Source of the DNA: Acholeplasmataceae bacterium
GTDB lineage: Bacteria > Bacillota_I > Bacilli_A > Acholeplasmatales > Acholeplasmataceae
NCBI GenBank assembly: GCA_963667565.1
Contig: OY763415.1
Coordinates: 1 to 64,000, forward strand
Length of the DNA: 64,000 nucleotides
Reading direction: 5' to 3'
The notes beneath the pieces were generated by a model. The model did no database searches and had not been told where the DNA came from. It worked only from the letters and a program-made list of their open reading frames with translations. Each line of letters begins with the position of its first letter. Positions within the stretch are counted from its first letter, which is position 1. This document shows positions 10,087 to 22,492 of the stretch, in pieces. A program made the translations under genes and the position numbers.

Positions 10087-10941
10087 GTGTATGTAGAAGT
10101 CGGGCAATGTTTATTATTTCTTATATATAAGTATCGCGATTGTATTAACAATCGTATTACTTTATTTCTAAGAAAAAAAGATGAGCAATTCAACATAAAT
10201 TCATCTTATTTTTACTCTTTTCTGCATTTGCGCTTCATTTTTTAAAACTAGCATTTTATCCATATAATCAAATGTATCCAACCATCATTAGAAAGATTAC
10301 ATTTGAAAATATCTGTGCGATATCAACATTAATATTTTCCGTTTATATATCTTTCTAAGAATAAAGTATTAAAGGACTATATGCTTGTGATGGGGATTGC
10401 TGCTGGCATAGCAGCATATCTATATCCCACAGAAGCCATATTAGATACATTTGATAGTGTCTATTTTGGAAGAAAGTCAGCATTTAGCTTTGATGTGATT
10501 CGTTTTTACTATGCACATTTTGTCATATTTGTTGTTCCATTTTTAATGGCAGCATTGAAAATTCATGTATTTTCATTTAAAACGCATGATCTATTTTCCT
10601 TTAATGGTTTTAGCTGTCTTTACACTCATTTTTTTAAATGAGTTATTATTAATTTTATTAGGATGGATTGATCCATCTACCATTTATGATATTGATATTA
10701 GAAATTCATCTTTTGTATTTGGAATCCCAGAGCATTACAAAAAGTTGCCGTCATTTTTGATATCTTTGTTTTTGATTTCTTAAAATCATATCCAAAGGTA
10801 GGGGCTAACATTTATTACCCAGTCATATGGTTTATTGTCCCCGCTTTTATTTATGGTCCGATATTAGCAACCCTAACCATGGGACCCTTTGCTTTAGTTG
10901 ATAAAATCAAATCTAGAAGACACATAAAAAACAATGCGTAA
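10087..10941 (+). CDS. YwaF/TMEM164-like integral membrane protein (multiple frameshifts)
   Basis: RBS gaggga plus GTG; fragments FENICAISTLIF, LYPTEA, YYAHF, NSSFVFG lie in different frames. Confidence 0.6.
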
Positions 10942-11159
10942 ATCATATCTCTAACGAGCAAGAAATATGTATTCATGATGGACTTTTTAAAGTTTATGAT
11001 TAAAAAATAGCCAAAATGGTGTTTTAAAAACTAAAATTGATCATAAAAATACACATAATTAGCAAAAATTGTCACAATATCAAAAATAAAAGGTATACTA
11101 TCTACAGTAAGTTATTTATTTGTAATTTACGCAAACTAAAGATTAAGGAGTAATCAAAC

Positions 11160-11357
11160 ATGACAGGAACTGTAAAATGGTTTAATTCTGACAAGGATAT
11201 GGTTTTATCTCAACTTCAGAAGGAAAAGATGTATTTGTACACTTAACTGCAATTCAATCAGATGGTTTTAAATCATTAGAAGAAGGGCGATAAAGTAGAA
11301 TTTAATGTAACTAAGAGCGATCGCGGCGAAACAGCTGTAAACGTTATTAAACTATAA
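11160..11357 (+). pseudogene. csp: Cold-shock protein copy 1 (frameshifted or sequencing error)
   Basis: Near-identical nucleotide copy of 18603-18800 with a 1-nt loss near 11193 and a 1-nt gain near 11286; RBS aaggag; missed by the ORF track. Confidence 0.9.
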
Positions 11358-11478
11358 ATTTTAAAATATCAATCTAAAACAAAATTTTTTTAAAACGTGG
11401 AAAAAACACTTACTTTTAAAGTGTTTTTTTTATGTTAATGTTATAATAAAAATAACGAATAGACATTTGGGGGTACAA

Positions 11479-12481
11479 ATGAAAATTAAACTAAGAAACA
11501 CTTTAATAAATTTGATTATTTTTCTTGCAATGTTGTATGTTATTCCAAAAATAGCATTGCAGTATCACATACAAGATGGGTATACATTTAAAGATAATGT
11601 AGCAATCATCAGCGATTATATCTATCAAAATAGAATCGAAAATCTAGATGAAAATATCACTTTTGATCAAGAAGTCATTATCAAAAGTGATTATATCCAA
11701 ATAGATGATCAATCAGCAATCGCGATATTTAGCAATGACTCAATATTTGACATCGGCATTATGTCTAATTATTATGGAAGCGATCCTATATATTTTTATA
11801 CATTTGATTTTATTTATGGTGAAGTCTTTCAACACCCCAATGAAATTGTCATCTCTAAAAGTTTATCAGAAGCTTATTTTCAAACTTTTAATGGTGTAGG
11901 ACAATCTATTGATATCAATGGATACACATATACAGTTTCTGGAGTTTTAGAAGATAATCAGGATACTTATCAATATATGTACTTTATGGATACTGAAAAA
12001 GAACATGTAACAAATCGAATAGATTCCTTTTATACGCTTAGAGTCTTTCAAGATAGTCATCTCTATCATAAGCTTTACCAAAGAGGTGGTGAAAATCTTA
12101 TCATGAAAGTAAGAACTCAAACCATTCAAGCAAACTTTATTTTGATTAATGGATTGTTAATTAATGTATTTATGTTGGTTTATTCCTTGACACTAGTATT
12201 AGTCAGCATGTTTAATAAGAAAGATAAAAAAAGAAATGACAATAAGCAAACAGCATATCAAAAAGTTTCAAATGTCTATGATATTAGTAACAATAATTGT
12301 CATTTCGTTCTCTATTGCCGTATTTCTCACTTTTTTAACATATACTTCACTGACGACAAGCCTTTTGATGACAAGGGATATAAGTATCGATTATAGTTAT
12401 TTATTAGCTATCTATTTAATTCCAATTGTGATATATTTAATAAGAATCAAACATCATAAAAAAGAAAAAGAAGAGGAATAA
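11479..12481 (+). CDS. ABC permease-like membrane protein with MacB-type extracytoplasmic domain (frameshift near 12265)
   Basis: NEIVISKSLSEAYF...VGQSIDINGYTYTVSGVLED resembles MacB_PCD; C-terminal TMs lie in ORF 12236-12481. Confidence 0.6.
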
Positions 12482-12482
12482 C

Positions 12483-12749
12483 ATGAGTCCATTTGAAATC
12501 GGGATGCTTATCAGTTTTGGATTTGCTTGGCCAACAGCCATTTATAAGAGTATTAAGAGTAAAAGTATTGAAGGAAAAAGTTTATTATTTTTATATATCA
12601 TCTTAATAGGATATGTAATGGGAATGATGCATAAAATCTTTTATAATATGGATTTTGTTATCATTTTATACATCATTAACTTTTTAATGGTATTTACGGA
12701 TTTAATCTTATATTATAGAAATAAACAATTAAGTCAAAATAAAATTTAA
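12483..12749 (+). CDS. PQ-loop/SemiSWEET-like 3-TM protein
   Basis: FGFAWPTAIYKSIKSKSIEGKSLLFL pattern; 88 aa, three helices. Confidence 0.75.
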   Translation: MSPFEIGMLISFGFAWPTAIYKSIKSKSIEGKSLLFLYIILIGYVMGMMHKIFYNMDFVIILYIINFLMVFTDLILYYRNKQLSQNKI

Positions 12750-12756
12750 GCAATAT

Positions 12757-12780
12757 AAAAGACGCTATTTAGCGTCTTTT
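12757..12780. terminator. Bidirectional terminator
   Basis: aaaagacgct-attt-agcgtctttt between convergent genes. Confidence 0.85.
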
Positions 12781-13484
12781 ATTTAACTTTATCCATAAAA
12801 TTTTGTAATTCACTTGTTTTAGGATGATCAAGCATAGATGGGGGGCCTTGTTCTAAAACCATACCATCATGCATAAATACAACATAATCAGCAAAAGCTT
12901 TCACAAATGCCATTTCATGTGTGACGAAAACAAATTGTTTTCCTAAACTTTTTAATTCTTCAATCGCGTGCAACACTTCATGTGTCAAAATAGGATCTAA
13001 TGCACTAGTGGGTTCATCTAAAAAGATGATGTTTGGATTTACAGAAAGTGCTCTTGCGATACTCGCTCTTTGTGCTTGACCTCCAGAGACATGTTTAGGT
13101 AGTTTATGCTTTTGATCTTCTAAATGAAGTAAATCTAAATAATAATCAGCAGCTTCAATCGCTTTTTCTTGACTAAAGCCTCTTGTTTTTTCAAGCACAA
13201 GTGTAATATTATTTCTTAAGGTTAAATGAGGAAATAAAGAATGTGATTGAAAAAACAAAACCGATTTGTTTTTTATATTCTGGATTTGTGGTTTCAAGTC
13301 CATCCATTAAAATCGTTCCACTGGTTGGCATCTCTAATCCACTCATCAATCGAATTAATGTCGATTTACCACTACCGCTTTGTCCAATTAATGCGATTGC
13401 ACTATATGATCCAAGTGATAATGATACATCGTGAAGCACTTCAACTTCATAAGTATGTGATAAATGATTGACTTTAATATCCAT
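12779..13484 (-). CDS. Polar amino acid ABC transporter ATP-binding subunit (frameshifted)
   Basis: GQSGSGKST in one frame; VSGGQAQR, FLDEPTSALDP and VTHEM in another. Confidence 0.9.
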
Positions 13485-14223
13485 TATGACCACTTCCTTT
13501 CGACATAACGTGTTAATTGCGATAAAGGAATAGTAACAATCAAATATAGAATCCACATAAGTAAATATCCTTGAACGAATGCGAATGTCTTTGATTGTGC
13601 CACCTTGATGGCATAATAAAGTTCTGTATAAGCAATGATATGAAGTAATGCGCTCCCTTTAATGATCATTGAAAAGTTATTCATCATCGGTGGCATTAAA
13701 ACACGGATGACTTGAGGGATAATGATATATCTATATTTTTGGAAAGAAGTAAATCCAAAAACTTCCATGGCCAAATATTGCTCTTCAGGAATGCTTGCTA
13801 TAGCTGATTTATAAACGTTTTTAATATAAGGTGTCATATAAAACGTTAAACCAACAAGCCCAAGCAATGCACGATCATAGACATTAAATGCAGGACCAAT
13901 CACAAAAGCAAACACAACGATCATGACAATAAGTGGTGTCCCATAAATAATTTCAGTAAACACATCGGTTAAAGCAATCACATATTTAATTTTGATATGG
14001 ATAATAAATATAAAACAAATCCAAAAATCAAACTAAAGATCAAAGTGATGGTAGAAACAACAATGGTACCTATAAACCCTTTAAAGATTAATGGGTAATA
14101 TTCAGTTAATGCGTTGATATTTACATCAGTTTCTTGTAAAAGGACAATCATTGTCATAAATAACATAATGGTTAATATGGCAAGAAATATCCAAATGATC
14201 GAAACGTGTTCTTTCTTATTCAT
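13484..14223 (-). CDS. Polar amino acid ABC transporter permease (frameshift near 13980)
   Basis: GTPLIV, EAA-like loop SIPEEQYLA..VFGF, IIIPQV; N-terminal half in ORF 13978-14223. Confidence 0.88.
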
Positions 14224-15021
14224 AGATATAGAAATCTAAATTGACGCCACCTAATTTTTCTTCAATCACTTGATCCCATGAAGCCTTTAATTGAGCGTAA
14301 ACGCCACCTTCATCAAAGAAAGTATCAATAAAATCATTGGCTTGTTGTAGTAATTCAGCATTACCTTCTTGTACAGCCATACCAATTGGACTTGATTGAA
14401 TAGGATCCCATAAAATCATCGTATCATCAGGATTTGCTTTAAATCCATCAGCAACCGGATTTGCACTCATAAATAAAACATCAGCAGTTCCTTGTGCAAT
14501 TTCTTCAACTGCAGTTAATACATCAACAGCTTCAGTGACATTTTTCCCTAAATCTTGTGGAATAGTTACTGATATTTGAGACGCAATCCCTACATATTGA
14601 GCATTTTCAACTGCAAGTAAGTCATCAATAGAAGAATCAGATGTTAAGTTATTGTTATCTGCAAAATCTTTATTTAATAAACTAATGATTTTGAAGTAGA
14701 AATAAGCATCTGTAAAATCAACAGATTTTTCTCTTTCTTCAGTAATACTCATTGATGCAATAGCAATATCAATCTCGCCAGTTTGAAGTGCAGTAATTAA
14801 TGTCCCAAACTCCGTATTGACTATCTCAACTTCTCTTCCGATATACTCACCAAACATGTAAGCAATATCTACACTTATGCCTTCTGGAACATTTTGAGTA
14901 TCAACTGTCTCAAAAGGTGGGTATCTTAAATCCATACCAACACGTAAAGGTCCTCGGCTTGACACGAAGCTAACGATAAAACAGTTAGCGTTAATACAAA
15001 TAATAAAAATATTTTTTTCAT
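14216..15021 (-). CDS. Amino acid ABC transporter substrate-binding lipoprotein (frameshift near 14965)
   Basis: LRVGMDLRYPPFE, GISVDI, LQTGEIDIAIASMSITEER (SBP family 3); signal peptide starts at ATG 15021 behind an aggag RBS. Confidence 0.88.
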
Positions 15022-15152
15022 AGAAAACTCCTTTTATTGTTTTTTATCATTATAAACAATGTTACGTGATTTCTCAAACCATATACATTGTTAAATAGAA
15101 TGAAGATTGAAATAAAAATAGCAGATGACTCCATGATTCATCTGCTATCTTT

Positions 15153-15632
15153 TTATTTTATTAGTTTTTCTATGTCCTTAATCATTTTATTAGGATTTAC
15201 TTGTGGGCCAAAGCGTTTAACAACATTGCCTTTTCTATCAATTAAGAATTTAGTAAAATTCCATTTGATATCTTTTCCAAGTAATCCTTTTTGTTCAGCT
15301 TTCAAATATGTATACAAAGGATCTTCATGCTCACCATTAACGTCTATTTTTGCTAAGACAGGAAAGGTGATTCCAAAATTGACTTGGCAGAAGCTTTGAA
15401 TCTCTTCATTGGTTCCTGGATCTTGATTTGCAAATTGGTTACATGGAAATGCCAGTATTTCAAATCCTTGATCTTTATAAGTTTCATATAAAGATTCTAA
15501 ATCTTCATATTGTGGTGTAAATCCACATTTAGATGCTGTATTGACAATGACTAAAACTTTATCTTTATAATCATTTAAACTTACTTGATTGTTTTGACTA
15601 TCTAATACATTAAATTCATATAACTTACTCAT
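15153..15632 (-). CDS. Glutathione peroxidase family (Cys type)
   Basis: VNTASKCGFTPQY, AFPCNQF, IKWNFTKFL. Confidence 0.95.
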   Translation of the reverse strand: MSKLYEFNVLDSQNNQVSLNDYKDKVLVIVNTASKCGFTPQYEDLESLYETYKDQGFEILAFPCNQFANQDPGTNEEIQSFCQVNFGITFPVLAKIDVNGEHEDPLYTYLKAEQKGLLGKDIKWNFTKFLIDRKGNVVKRFGPQVNPNKMIKDIEKLIK

Positions 15633-15793
15633 ATGTATCCCTCATTTCTAATTTAAGTATATACGCTATGTCATTTTAAGTATAATTAAATGCTTTATGT
15701 AGTTAGAAAAGGTTTTATTGTTTCAAGTGATTATTGTATAATAATATTATAGACACATTTCGTTGGCACATAAAAAGAAAGAGGGGTATTTTT

Positions 15794-16350
15794 ATGTCTA
15801 AAAAATTCATAATATTTTTATTAGGTGTTTTTGCTAGTTTTTTCGCTTACTTCATGTAAAACAGATGAAGAGAAGTTTTTAGATGATCACATGGGTATGA
15901 GTTATTTATGATTTATTTAGAGATCAATATGATATCAATCGTTTTGATGACTCTCTTGAAATTAAATCATTAGAATATACGATGTGTCATATTATCAAAG
16001 TCACTCATGATGAGATATTAGGACAAATAAGCTCAGATGTGACAGCTATTGAAATGTTTATCACTTACAAAACACAATATACGGAGTCAAATACACTTTA
16101 TGCTCATATCGTCATAGGAACTCTTAATGATGAAGATACATATAGCGCGATCGCTAGGTCAAATGATAAAGCAGATTATGATGAAGCCGTTAGTCTCATT
16201 ATAGAAAAACATATAGAAACAGATGAAGAAACAAACATTATTGAAAATATAACATCTGGTTTATTTTCATCTAATCAAATTAATTCATACATCAGTGACG
16301 CGATTAAACTACAAGAAAATTTAGATGATAAAGCACAAATTGAATCATAG
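15794..16350 (+). CDS. Hypothetical lipoprotein (frameshifted N-terminus)
   Basis: RBS gagggg, MSKKFIIFLLGVF then an LTSC lipobox in a shifted frame; C-terminal part is ORF 15982-16350. Confidence 0.55.
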
Positions 16351-16359
16351 GAGGCATAT

Positions 16360-16761
16360 ATGAGATTAGATGGATTCGGCATATTTGTTAATGACATGAA
16401 AACAATGATTACATTTTATAAAGAAGTTTTAGAATTTGAGATTCAAGAAGCATTAGATACATCTCATGTCTATTTAATTAAAGATGATACATTGTTTTTA
16501 ATGTATGGAAGAAATGATTTTGAAAACATGACAAACAGAAAATATGAATACATTAAAGGGTTCAACGGGCATTTTGAGATTGCACTTTATGTAGATACAT
16601 TTGATGAAGTTGATCACATGTATAAAAAAGTCATGAACATGGGCGCTAAATCTGTGTTAGAACCAAAAACAGAACCTTGGGGACAAAGAACATGCTACAT
16701 CGCTGATCCCGAAGGCAATCTTATAGAAATAGGATCATTTAATAAACCATATAGACAATAA
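16360..16761 (+). CDS. VOC/glyoxalase family protein
   Basis: FVNDMKTMITFYKEVL; EPWGQRTCYIADPEGNLIEI. Confidence 0.92.
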   Translation: MRLDGFGIFVNDMKTMITFYKEVLEFEIQEALDTSHVYLIKDDTLFLMYGRNDFENMTNRKYEYIKGFNGHFEIALYVDTFDEVDHMYKKVMNMGAKSVLEPKTEPWGQRTCYIADPEGNLIEIGSFNKPYRQ

Positions 16762-16771
16762 GGAGAAGCAC

Positions 16772-17606
16772 ATGAATATCAATTTAGATGAACTCATCTA
16801 TAAGAAAGATGGTTATGACCATACCAATGCTTTAGAAGTTGTAAATTTTGAAATTGAAGAAGAAGAAATCGCATTTAATAAAGCAGTTTTTGACATGCTT
16901 TTTAGATCAAGAGATAAGATTTATATTCGATGATGCTACCGTGGATAACTCCACGGCATTTATCGCATATAAATATAAAAATAAACTTATGCTTGAATAT
17001 ATTTTTGCTGAAGATGGATGGTTTGAAATTGATATTGAAGGTGTATCCTGGATATATCCAAAATACAGTTTTGTCAGTAAAGCTGATAAAGTGATTTTCT
17101 ATAACAAATTAAATCAATATATAAAAGACGAAGAACTTAAACTAAACATAAACTTTATAACTTATAAAGATCCTAAAAAAGTGTTAGAACAAAGCGAAAG
17201 TGATCAAAAACAATTAAGCCTTAATGAAATAAAATCAGTGACTAATCTTGCAATGATGGCACGATATGGTGTAATCGTGATGGCACTGTTAGGCGGTTTA
17301 ATGGGTATGACTTTTTCTGGATCAGCAGATGGATTTATATGGGTTTTAGGTTCTATTTCATTGCTATATGGACTTTATGTCTTATGTGGTGTTATTTATA
17401 AATTTAGACATATATACTGCATGTTTCAAAATTTAGAGAATGAAACAATGACACCTAATGAAGTGTATTGGAATAGCTTTAAAAAAATCGTTACTTTATG
17501 GTTATCCATCAATTTTTATCATTTTAGGTTTAGGTCTGATCACTTATCAAATCATCACACTCATTTAAGCAAATATCATAAAACATTAAAGGGGGTTTTA
17601 ACATGA
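16772..17606 (+). CDS. Hypothetical membrane protein (frameshifts near 16845 and 17510)
   Basis: RBS aggag plus ATG 16772; soluble N-terminal domain and C-terminal TMs. Confidence 0.55.
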
Positions 17607-18151
17607 GTATAGAGAAAAAAGTAACACTAAAGGAACAAATATTTAAAGAGAAAGAAAAATACCTAACGATGTGTATTCCATCAAAAGCACATATCATTGC
17701 TGCTTATTTTCTAGATACACTTATCCTAGCTAGTGTTTTTACAGTATTGGTGTGTTTAAATTTGATTCAAATGATATTTATAAGTATGGTGGTATGATTG
17801 GATTTTTGCTTATATACATCATCATAAAATTTAAATCCGCAGGTAAGTCTTTAGGTATGTTAATATTAGGTATTGGATATGCAAGAGAATACGATGGCAC
17901 ACCTTTAGATAACCAAGGATATGTGGGATTTATTATTCGGTAACATTGCTGCGGATTTAAAATATAACGACTTATATGAAACCTACTCATTTTATACAAG
18001 CTATAGAAATCAAACGATTGCGATGCAAAAAGCGAATATTGTCTATGTGAACACTGGCAAATATAAGAAATTGATGAAACAAGGGCATCTTCCTTTTTAT
18101 AATGATCCAGCATCAGTGATTAAAGATGAAGCGTTTAGATTAAAATTATAA
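17603..18151 (+). CDS. RDD family membrane protein (split into three frames)
   Basis: IIAAYFLDTLI, GKSLGMLILGI, RNQTIA: RDD-family pattern. Confidence 0.6.
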
Positions 18152-18173
18152 CAAGACTTAAGGAGAACTATCG

Positions 18174-18410
18174 ATGGCAATTAATTTCCGTGCTATGAAT
18201 CATGTTTCAAGAGCAACTTCAGGGTTTTCAACCATGACTGCACCTTTGATGTTTGTGATTCTTTATACCATTCTAATCTATCAAAAGGGTAGTGTGATAG
18301 GTGATTATCTTCAAGATTATATATTGCTCACATTAAGCGCAATAGTGTCAGTAATATTAGTTATTTACTTTTTTATTAAAAACAAGAAAAAGACTGTTTC
18401 GTCAATTTAA
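18174..18410 (+). CDS. Small 2-TM hypothetical protein
   Basis: RBS aaggag; two hydrophobic helices. Confidence 0.6.
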   Translation: MAINFRAMNHVSRATSGFSTMTAPLMFVILYTILIYQKGSVIGDYLQDYILLTLSAIVSVILVIYFFIKNKKKTVSSI

Positions 18411-18602
18411 AGACACAGTTATCATGACGATATGTGCGATTTACCAGCCATCTTGGGTTTAATTATAGTGATATCACATATGGCTAAATAAAAAAATATG
18501 AGAAAATATCGCTTATTGGTTGCAATTCAGAAAAAATAAGGTATGCTAAATAAGTGGGTATTTTAAATTCCCATATAAATTATGTAACAAGGAGTATTCG
18601 AC

Positions 18603-18800
18603 ATGACAGGAACAGTAAAATGGTTCAATGCTGAAAAGGGATATGGATTTATCTCAACTTCAGAAGGAAAAGATGTATTTGTACACTTTACTGCTATTCA
18701 ATCTGATGGTTTTAAATCATTAGAAGAAGGCGATAAAGTAGAATTTAATGTAACTAAAAGCGATCGCGGCGAAACAGCAGCAAATGTTATTAAACTATAA
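18603..18800 (+). CDS. csp: Cold-shock protein
   Basis: [15 protein letters not shown] (RNP1), DVFVHF (RNP2). Confidence 0.97.
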   Translation: MTGTVKWFNAEKGYGFISTSEGKDVFVHFTAIQSDGFKSLEEGDKVEFNVTKSDRGETAANVIKL

Positions 18801-19027
18801 ATTTTAAATAAATCTATCAAAAAAGACCGCTTTTAGTTAAGTGGTCTTTTTCTTTATATAAACATTGATATCTGTATCACGCGCTCCATCTATATACTTA
18901 TAAAAACTATGCTAGTAAAAAAGCTACTTTTAATAAGACTACTTGAAAAAAAGAGATATCAAAGGTAGAATATAATTATAGAGAATATTTATAAATAACA
19001 AAAAATAAACAATTACGGGGAAAAATC

Positions 19028-20130
19028 ATGCGATGGAACAATCTTCTTTTAACAGGTGTCAATGAAAACACAAATGTGTGGCCTTGCGACTAAAATTAAA
19101 TTATTAAACATATCAAGCCTATTCGTGAGTATGATGTTGTTCATATTCGCACTACTTAATTTTATCTTTGAATATAATGTTGTATTGGGTATCATCAATT
19201 TAATTTCTGCAATCTTTATGTTGATTCCTTATATTTTAAACTATGCACATCATTATTTATTATCAAGAATCACATTTGTATTGATTTCTTATATATTATT
19301 AAGTACATATTTTATTTTATATGGACCTAACCAAATATATTTTCAATTTTATTTTTTACCAGCCGTTGGTTTACCATTCGTTTACTTTAAGAGTGAAATT
19401 GGTATATATAAATGGGTACTAAGTATTTTAGGACTCGTTTTATGGTTTGCGATAGAAATGATAGAATTAACCATTGATCCATTTTTATATATTGAAGTTG
19501 AACAATTAAAACTAACTCAAATCATCACATCTGCATTTTTATTCATGTCAATGATCATAATTTTTTCCTCGTTTTCAAATGAAAGCAAAGAACATTTTGA
19601 TAGAATTAATGATATGAACGAAAAAACTAAAAAAACTTTCAGAGATCGATGACTTAACTCAAATATATAATAGAAGATATATCATGAATCAATTGAAGCA
19701 TAGTTTTAGCATCAGTAAGGAAACAGGAAAACAACTCTCCATTGCTATCTTTGATATTGATTATTTCAAACACGTCAATGATCAATTTGGCCATTATGCA
19801 GGTGATCAAGTTTTATATATGTTAAGCCAAATGGCAAAAGAACATTTTAAAGAAGAATGCATTATTGGAAGACTTGGCGGGGAAGAGTTTTGTATCATCT
19901 TCAATCATGGTGATTTAAAAGATAACAGAATGGAAGTTGAACGATTTAGAGATAAGGTTGAAAAAAATGTGTTTATTGTAGATGGTCAAAAGATTTCAAT
20001 CACCATAAGCATTGGATATGCCCATTTTAGAGCCTCAATGGAAGAAACTGAAGAATTATATAAGTTTGCAGATCAAAGACTATATATCGCCAAAAATCAA
20101 GGAAGAAATCAAGTTGTTGATCACTATTAA
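19028..20130 (+). CDS. Membrane-bound diguanylate cyclase (frameshifts near 19050 and 19635)
   Basis: 5-6 TM N-terminus; DIDYFKHVNDQFGHYAGD, GRLGGEEF, ADQRLYIAKNQGRN. Confidence 0.88.
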
Positions 20131-20176
20131 TATAAACAAAAGAGCAAAGCCCACGCTTTGCTCTTTATTTATTTTC

Positions 20177-20557
20177 TTAAAGTATAACTTTTACAACTTG
20201 AAAATCATCATCTAACCATAATCCTATGACTTCAATTTCTGGATACCATTTCTTAACTCTTTTTACAGATTCAATTAAATGAATTTTTTGTAATTCATCA
20301 GGTTCGCTAATACCAGCACAGTCAGTATGACCAACAAGAGCAACTATTTTTGATTGGTGAATTTCAACTGAAATTCTGACTCTTCGTCTTAAGTCTTTGA
20401 CTAAATTAAATGGTTTTCTTCGTGCAATAACCTTAACAGGTCCAGCTAAAGTGATGGTGTCTACATAGGTAACACCATAGTTTTGTTTAATGTATTCATG
20501 GATCGCAACTTGTACTCTACCATCCATGCAATTGATTGCAGTTCCAAATGTATTCAT
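20177..20557 (-). CDS. Beta-class carbonic anhydrase-like protein
   Basis: CMDGR and HTDCAG zinc-ligand motifs (CxDxR, HxxC). Confidence 0.85.
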   Translation of the reverse strand: MNTFGTAINCMDGRVQVAIHEYIKQNYGVTYVDTITLAGPVKVIARRKPFNLVKDLRRRVRISVEIHQSKIVALVGHTDCAGISEPDELQKIHLIESVKRVKKWYPEIEVIGLWLDDDFQVVKVIL

Positions 20558-20692
20558 GAGTTTCTCCTATTTTTTAAAAGTTTATCATAAAATGAAAGGG
20601 AGTCATAATCTTTTACTTTCGTAGTAATTTTTATGATAAAATATAAATATAGAATCAGTAGATATTAGGATATCTATTTTAGGGGGAATTTC

Positions 20693-21100
20693 ATGTATAT
20701 ACTTTTAGCTCGATTTTTGTTTATTGCATTACTTATGGGTGTACCATCATTATTTATTAAGCTTAATGCAATTAAGAACACAACTAAAGAAGATGGATTT
20801 AAATTAGAAGTTACGCTGTTTACTATTTTTATTTTTCTTATTGTTGGATTGCAATATGTACAGATGCTTATACCTTCTGTAAAATTATTTCCAGTGATCG
20901 CAGTCGTTTGGTTAACCTTTTATGTATTTGTTGAACCGTTTATTGTTTATAAAGTGCTCTATCAACAAACCAAAGTCTTTAACAAAAAATTCAAGGAATA
21001 CTTATTTTTAACGATGCCATGGATATTTTTATTTGATGCGTTAGGGATTGTATTAATGATGTTTGGTATTCTTTTTTTCCAAGATTTATTTCCATATTAA
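20693..21100 (+). CDS. Hypothetical membrane protein (4 TM)
   Basis: RBS aggggg; hydrophobic. Confidence 0.7.
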   Translation: MYILLARFLFIALLMGVPSLFIKLNAIKNTTKEDGFKLEVTLFTIFIFLIVGLQYVQMLIPSVKLFPVIAVVWLTFYVFVEPFIVYKVLYQQTKVFNKKFKEYLFLTMPWIFLFDALGIVLMMFGILFFQDLFPY

Positions 21101-21135
21101 TGATTTAGATATATGATATAGAGAGAGGTGAGCAA

Positions 21136-21696
21136 ATGAAGAAATTATTACTTTTTTATGTATTGGTTTTAATTGTAGTTGGTTTTCCTAAACATGTGGA
21201 AGCTGAAACCATTTCATATCCATTTGATGAAATAAAAATTGTTTCAGCATTTAAGTTTGAAATCACCATTGATCAAACCCTTAGTGAAACATCTGTTTTA
21301 TATAACCAGGTGAGTGAAAACGAAGTGTTAACAATTTATGTTGGATCACTTGAATTTATGTCAAATGGGGAAGCAGTGGAAGCATCTCCATCTATGATGA
21401 TTGTTACCAATCAAAATAATGAAGATATATTAAGATGGTTGATTAATTCTGGTCTTAACGGTGATACAACGATTGATCAAAGTTATGCATCTTGGATTTT
21501 AATAGATCCACTTGTAGGTGTTGTTAAAGACTTAACTGTTTTACAAATGGAAGTCGCATTTCATTATGATATGATTTTAGAAACATATGAATTTATTGAT
21601 AATACAGGAATGAGTTTTCAAATGAATCCTAATTCATTTGTTGAAGAAAGTGATTTAGATATCATTATCTCAGCATATGTGGAGGTTACATCATGA
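21136..21696 (+). CDS. Hypothetical secreted protein
   Basis: RBS gaggtg; signal peptide ending VEA. Confidence 0.7.
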   Translation: MKKLLLFYVLVLIVVGFPKHVEAETISYPFDEIKIVSAFKFEITIDQTLSETSVLYNQVSENEVLTIYVGSLEFMSNGEAVEASPSMMIVTNQNNEDILRWLINSGLNGDTTIDQSYASWILIDPLVGVVKDLTVLQMEVAFHYDMILETYEFIDNTGMSFQMNPNSFVEESDLDIIISAYVEVTS

Positions 21697-21853
21697 AAAA
21701 ACTACTATATTTAGGTGCTTTCTTGGTAATGATCTTCACACTTAGTGCTTGTCAAAGTCAAAGTGATGATGATCATCAAAACTATACGCCACAAACAAAT
21801 GATTCTTTAATCGATCAAATATCAAATCAATTAAAGATGTGTTTAAAGACTAA
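21693..21853 (+). CDS. Small lipoprotein (true end probably TAA 21853; likely frameshift)
   Basis: Lipobox LSAC; the predicted ORF runs through a terminator, so the real stop is probably earlier. Confidence 0.55.
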
Positions 21854-21885
21854 AAAAGGTTCATCCAATCGGATGAACCTTTTTT
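21852..21885. terminator. Bidirectional terminator
   Basis: aaaaaaggttcatcc-aatc-ggatgaacctttttt. Confidence 0.85.
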
Positions 21886-22490
21886 CTATTTAATACCTTT
21901 TTCAATTAAATGAACAATGTAATCAAATTTCTCAAACGTTTCTTCTTTAGTCAAACCATCTTTTTCAGTTTTTAAAAGTAAATCAGTAAGCATGACACCA
22001 AATAATTCTAGTGTGTAATAAAACTCATCTTCAGAAATATGATATAAGTCTTTTTGATATAAAGGAACTTTCGTCATTTCCATTAAGGGCGTTAATAACT
22101 TTAAGATAAAATGTTCTTTGTAAGAAAGATGTTCGACTCTTAAATACAAGATATAGTTATAAATGAGTGAATATTTACGTGTTTCTAAAAATTGATCATA
22201 GTCATATGCAAACATATCTCTAACCGTTCTAAAAATATTAAAATCATTCTTTTTAAATATATCTGGTAAATAAGCATATCTGTCTTTTGAAGTAATGTAA
22301 TTAGATAGGTTAAACACGATCCTACTGAATCAAAATAGTTATAAAATGTCCCTCTTGAGATAGATGCATTTTTAGCAAGAGAAGATATGGTGATGTCTTG
22401 ATAAAGTTTTGTTGAAAACTCTTTAAAGCAAGCATCAATCACAAAGTCTCTTTTTTCTTTGCTAATTGCAAAAAACATATCTTTAGGCAT
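21886..22490 (-). CDS. TetR/AcrR family regulator (frameshift near 22320)
   Basis: MPKDMFFAISKEKR..., ITISSLAKNASISRGTFYNYF helix-turn-helix. Confidence 0.88.
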
Positions 22491-22492
22491 CT

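Noticed and set aside
15153..15632. Selenocysteine in glutathione peroxidase
   Set aside because: The active-site residue is a normal Cys codon (SKCGF).
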